From assembly GCF_000002075.1 (NCBI RefSeq), contig NW_004797396.1:534616-598615 (forward strand): a stretch of DNA of 64,000 bases, given 5' to 3'. Of the stretch, positions 60,101 through 64,000 are shown one piece after another. The notes under the pieces are model-generated. The model had not been told where the DNA came from. It made no database searches and saw only the letters and a program-made list of their open reading frames with translations. The DNA comes from Aplysia californica (taxonomy: Eukaryota). The translations under genes were made by a program, and so were the position numbers. Position 1 is the stretch's first letter; each line of letters begins with the position of its first letter.

Positions 60101-63100
60101 TACCCCAGCACACACTATAACACTTAGAAACATTCTCGGCTTCCCGTGAAGCATACGGATGATATTAATGATGAAGTTGATGTTGATGATGACGATAATG
60201 GTAACAATAATGATGAAAGATGTGACTACCACATTTTAATTCTTTCTCATTGTCAAACCCACCTTAAGGTTCCCATCCGCTGTCAGTCTCAGCCTATTGC
60301 ACGTACCACAGAAATGTTCACTCATAGATGTGATGAAGCCAATTTGTCCAGCAAAGCCTGGAACCTTGTATGCCTGTTTTAAAAAATGGAGAATGTAAAT
60401 GTGTGCATTTCAGATGAACAGACATAACATTACCCTCATCCGTGATATAACAAGGGTAAAGGAATGAGCCAAAATACCTAGAGTGATAAAACAGATTTGA
60501 CAATGGTTTTTGAGTGGTATTTGGATAATGGCAACAACAATAATATTTTGTCATGTATGGAATGTAAAAGCCTAGGGTGGAACACCCCCCCCCCTCCCCC
60601 CTCAGTGAGGAGAAAGAGAGGAAGGCTGAGATCCACCTGGGAGCGAGATCTAGAGGCAGATTGTGGACATATGGGACACAGCTGGTTGGAGGTGGAGAAG
60701 ATCGCCCAGAACAAAGACAGAGAGAGCCCTTCATGGAGGCCATTTCCAAACACCAGGGTGAAAGAGGTGAATTATGATGATGATATGGTATGTTTGGTAT
60801 GGGTATAACCTTCCTTTTGACGTTCTATTCTATATTCTATAAAACAGGCGAGATCTCTGACTTCAATATCCATCTCTGATAGTACACAGCCAGGTAGGAG
60901 AACAGTCTCGGAAACTCCCCAAATAACTCAACTTTAAAAACAACCCCTAGGAGATTCAAACCAGGCTATCTGCACCATAGACCAGCATGATACCAACTGA
61001 ACTAACTGCACTCCCATTGTCTCAGGAACAGACTAGGATAATAGTTACACTGAACAGAAGTACAGTCGAACCTGCTGGTTCAACCACTTCCCACCTTATA
61101 TTTATTTTTTCTATTGTGATGACACTGTCCAAGATGTCAACCTGTCTAAGACAACCAGTTTTTCCTCGACAATGGGTGGCCACCTGGGACAATTTCAACC
61201 TTACACAAGTAGTGGCCCCAGGGTAAAAGATCAAGGGGAAGGTCATGTGGAACCTGGAGAAGAGTCACAGAAATTGATGTTCAGAAAAGTGGGAAGATAT
61301 TGAATAACATCAAGCAGCTATCCCAGGATACGGAAAAGTGGAAAGTGTTTGTTCGTGGCCTATAATCCTGATGCAGGTAGAGAAAGGCAATGATGATGAT
61401 GATGACAAGAACTGGCAGGTAAAGTCAGTTCCCCAACCTTTGACGTGTCGTTGGGTCGGTCTGAGAGGCGTGTCAGGTCTGGGAACCTCTCATGGATCAT
61501 GTGCAACATCTCTTGGTAAGACACAAACTTCTTGGTGTTCCATCTGTTGCCCCCAAATGGCATGTACTCGATGAAACGAATGTCCACTTTCTGGAAATGG
61601 CAACAAAAACATGTGTCAGTAGAATTCTAGAATGATGACAAAAAATTCTAGGACACTGAACCTTGGAAGCTAAACGTAGCATTTGCTATACAATTTTTGG
61701 GAATTATCCCCATGGCAAGGGTAGGACATTGACTAAAATAGCAAGGACCAAAGAATCAAAATGGAGAAAAGTAATATTTAACTTTATTTAGCCCTTTTTC
61801 TGATTGGTCACCGAATTTCATCGAAATCTCACGAGGGACAACAAGGGAACTTCATTTAGAATAGGGAACCCCCCGTCCGTTCGCACTCCACGAAAATCGC
61901 GTCAGCGGGGGGAAATTCTGTCTAGCGCTTCGCGGCCCGCTTTAGCATTGCTACACTATGGGCCTCTAGGAATGATGCATCTGTTCCTGAAAAACTTTCA
62001 CCAAGCTGCATATCAAGATCATAGTCCTTTTACAACAAAACAACACTGCTTTTACATAAATAAGAAGAGTATACATTACCTTGTCTTTCGTGAAGTCCAC
62101 AAAATCACAGATTTCATCTTCATTCATACCCCTCATCACAACGCAGTTTATCTGAAATAATAAAAAGGCAACTTTGCAGACAATAAAACTTTTAGAATTC
62201 ACCTACTAAAGTAATCTTTATCAATTAGAAATTTGTGCTTAATGTATCCCATAACACGCCGCAGCAAATCTCAGCAAAATTTATCACTACTTGATTACTC
62301 ACACTTTGAAAACACACAGACATCAACACATGCACGCACACACACATTTAAACATAAAATTTAGAAAGTCAGAAAAATGAAAGCAATCATCGGCAAAGAC
62401 AGCCTGTATCTAGCTGTATGGACAGACACCAAAATGACCAGACCATACCCCCCCATGTGACCCATGACACTAAATCTGCTCTTACAACCTCCAGAATAAA
62501 TGGCAGGAAAGCAAGTATCCTACACCCCCCCTTTCCGCAACACACACATACATACATCCACAACTCACTCACACAAACACCCATCTCACCTTCATTGGGT
62601 CATAGCCCAACTCCAAGGCCTTGTCGATACCCTTCATGACCTTGTCAAAGCCTCGCCTCCGTGTGATGAACTCAAACTTCGCTGGCACCAACGTGTCCAG
62701 ACTCAGGTTGATCTGGTCCAGCCCAGCCGCCTGTAGATCTGGCAGTCGCCGTGCCAACGTCACAGCATTGGTGGTGATGCCGATGTGTTTGAGTCCCAGT
62801 TCTCGGAGTCTGTTCAAACCATCTGAGACAATGATAGAACAATACATTTATTTCTCGGAGTATGTTCAAACCATCTGAGACAATGATAGAACAATACATT
62901 TATTTCTCAGAGTCTGTTCAAACCATCTGAGACAATGATAGAACAATACATTTATTTCTCGGAGTCTGTTCAAACCATCGAAGACAATGAAAGAACAATC
63001 CTTCTTTTACAAAATATTCTTCCTTACGGACCTGCTTTATGCCACACATATGTCACACAAAGTTAGACAGATGCCTAAAAGAAGAAAAGTCAACTACTTG

Positions 63101-63544
63101 CCCCTTTTAATCTGCTCATCCTTCCCTTCTCAAGCCAAAGTACCACAAGGTTCAACCCTGAGCTGGCTTAGAAATAGGTGCAGCCACTGGACAACATATA
63201 GAAAAAGAGGCAGGGTGTTGTCCTCTGGCTTTTTTTTTTTTACGTCCTTTCTTACTCATCCTAAACGGGACATGACACCTAGTCTTCAAGGTAAAAGACG
63301 AAAGAACTCAGAGATCCAAAGAGAGAATTAATATTCCACAGAGGGTCATAACTTGCACAGTTTTTCAAAAACTCACCTATGATGGTTATGATGTCCTTCC
63401 GCACCAAAGGCTCTCCCCCAGTTAACCGAATTTTGTTGATGCCCTCCGCCACAAAGAGACGGGACAAAGACAGTATCTCCTCTGTGGTGAGGATGTTCTG
63501 TCTGGGCGACAGACTGACTCCTTCCTCTGGCATACAGTACTGAC
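57111..63544 (-). CDS. MOCS1: MOCS1A (GTP 3',8-cyclase, MoaA-type radical SAM), 5'-incomplete; exons 63544-63377, 62822-62590, 62151-62080, 61590-61438, 60373-60263, 59382-59262, 57166-57111
   Basis: CQYCMPEEG (end of CxxxCxxC), [58 protein letters not shown] (second Fe-S cluster), C-terminal NRPMILIGG-stop; all junctions GT-AG with consistent phase. Confidence 0.96.
57527..57707. mobile_element. Tc1/mariner-like MITE family C; related copies about 33023-33210, 49845-49925, 56772-56980, 61041-61200
   Basis: tacagtcga(a/g)... and ...aggttcgactgt termini with internal acaaccacctgt / agacaggt motifs. Confidence 0.6.
58268..58543. repeat. 45-bp minisatellite, about 6 near-identical copies, in a MOCS1 intron
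   Basis: Unit catcagagacaaaaaactggtttttgttgtgttgttcctatcag(a/g). Confidence 0.95.
62800..62998 (-). repeat. 52-bp tandem repeat (about 4 copies) spanning a MOCS1 splice acceptor
   Basis: Unit ttctcggagtctgttcaaaccatctgagacaatgatagaacaatacatttat at period 52 (62821, 62873, 62925, 62977). Confidence 0.93.
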
Positions 63545-64000
63545 CTAACGGAGCAAGAAAAAGAAAAAATTTCCTACACAAAACATTCAGCGCTCTTGCA
63601 CTATAGACATCATATGAGATATAATAAATCTGTAACATTTCGAACCATGAGGTGCACAGCGTCCCAGAAGATAGATAAAGGACTTGATAATCAGGCTTGC
63701 ACTATATCCCAACCCAATAAATGTTAACAAAGACAAGAGGAAGAAACTCAAGCTGGGAGTCACACAACAGTTTACATTATCCATCTGGTCTTCATAATGT
63801 TTTTACCCACTTCCTATATTTATATATCTATCTGTTTTTTGCCATACTTACAGAGTTAACAAAAATGACACAATATAAAATGAAAACACAGATTCAATCT
63901 TCTTATTTCTTTCCCATCAATAAAATGCATCTAACAAACCACCGGCAACATCAGGCATCCCGAACCATCACCAGACTAGAGACAGTGCGGGCACCATATG

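Overview
Eukaryotic (metazoan invertebrate, probably mollusc by inference from sequence style and repeat content) genomic window with many N-gaps, microsatellites, MITEs, SINEs and decayed RTE-like LINE pieces. It holds two convergent split genes. (1) + strand, 280-38914: the 3' half of an alpha-neurexin gene (end of LNS4, LNS5, EGF3, LNS6, Cys-loop/Ser-Gly stalk, TM helix, cytoplasmic tail ending KEWYV). I reconstructed 12 core exons with consistent GT-AG phases; one LNS6 exon is missing and must lie in the N-gap at about 20.9-21.7 kb. (2) - strand, 63544-53244: most of MOCS1, with six MOCS1A (MoaA-type radical SAM) exons ending NRPMILIGG-stop and a large MOCS1B (MoaC) exon that joins in frame only when the stop-containing exon is skipped. 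The most notable candidate novelty is an elaborate neurexin alternative-splicing system. It includes a 1.3-kb, 432-codon phase-0 exon hidden in the stalk intron (giant cassette, or secreted/GPI terminal exon), a duplicated LNS4 exon paired with a 555-nt AG-free zone and distant branch point, and further candidate stop/hydrophobic terminal exons. Exon calls come from manual reading and recalled family homology; no searches were run.
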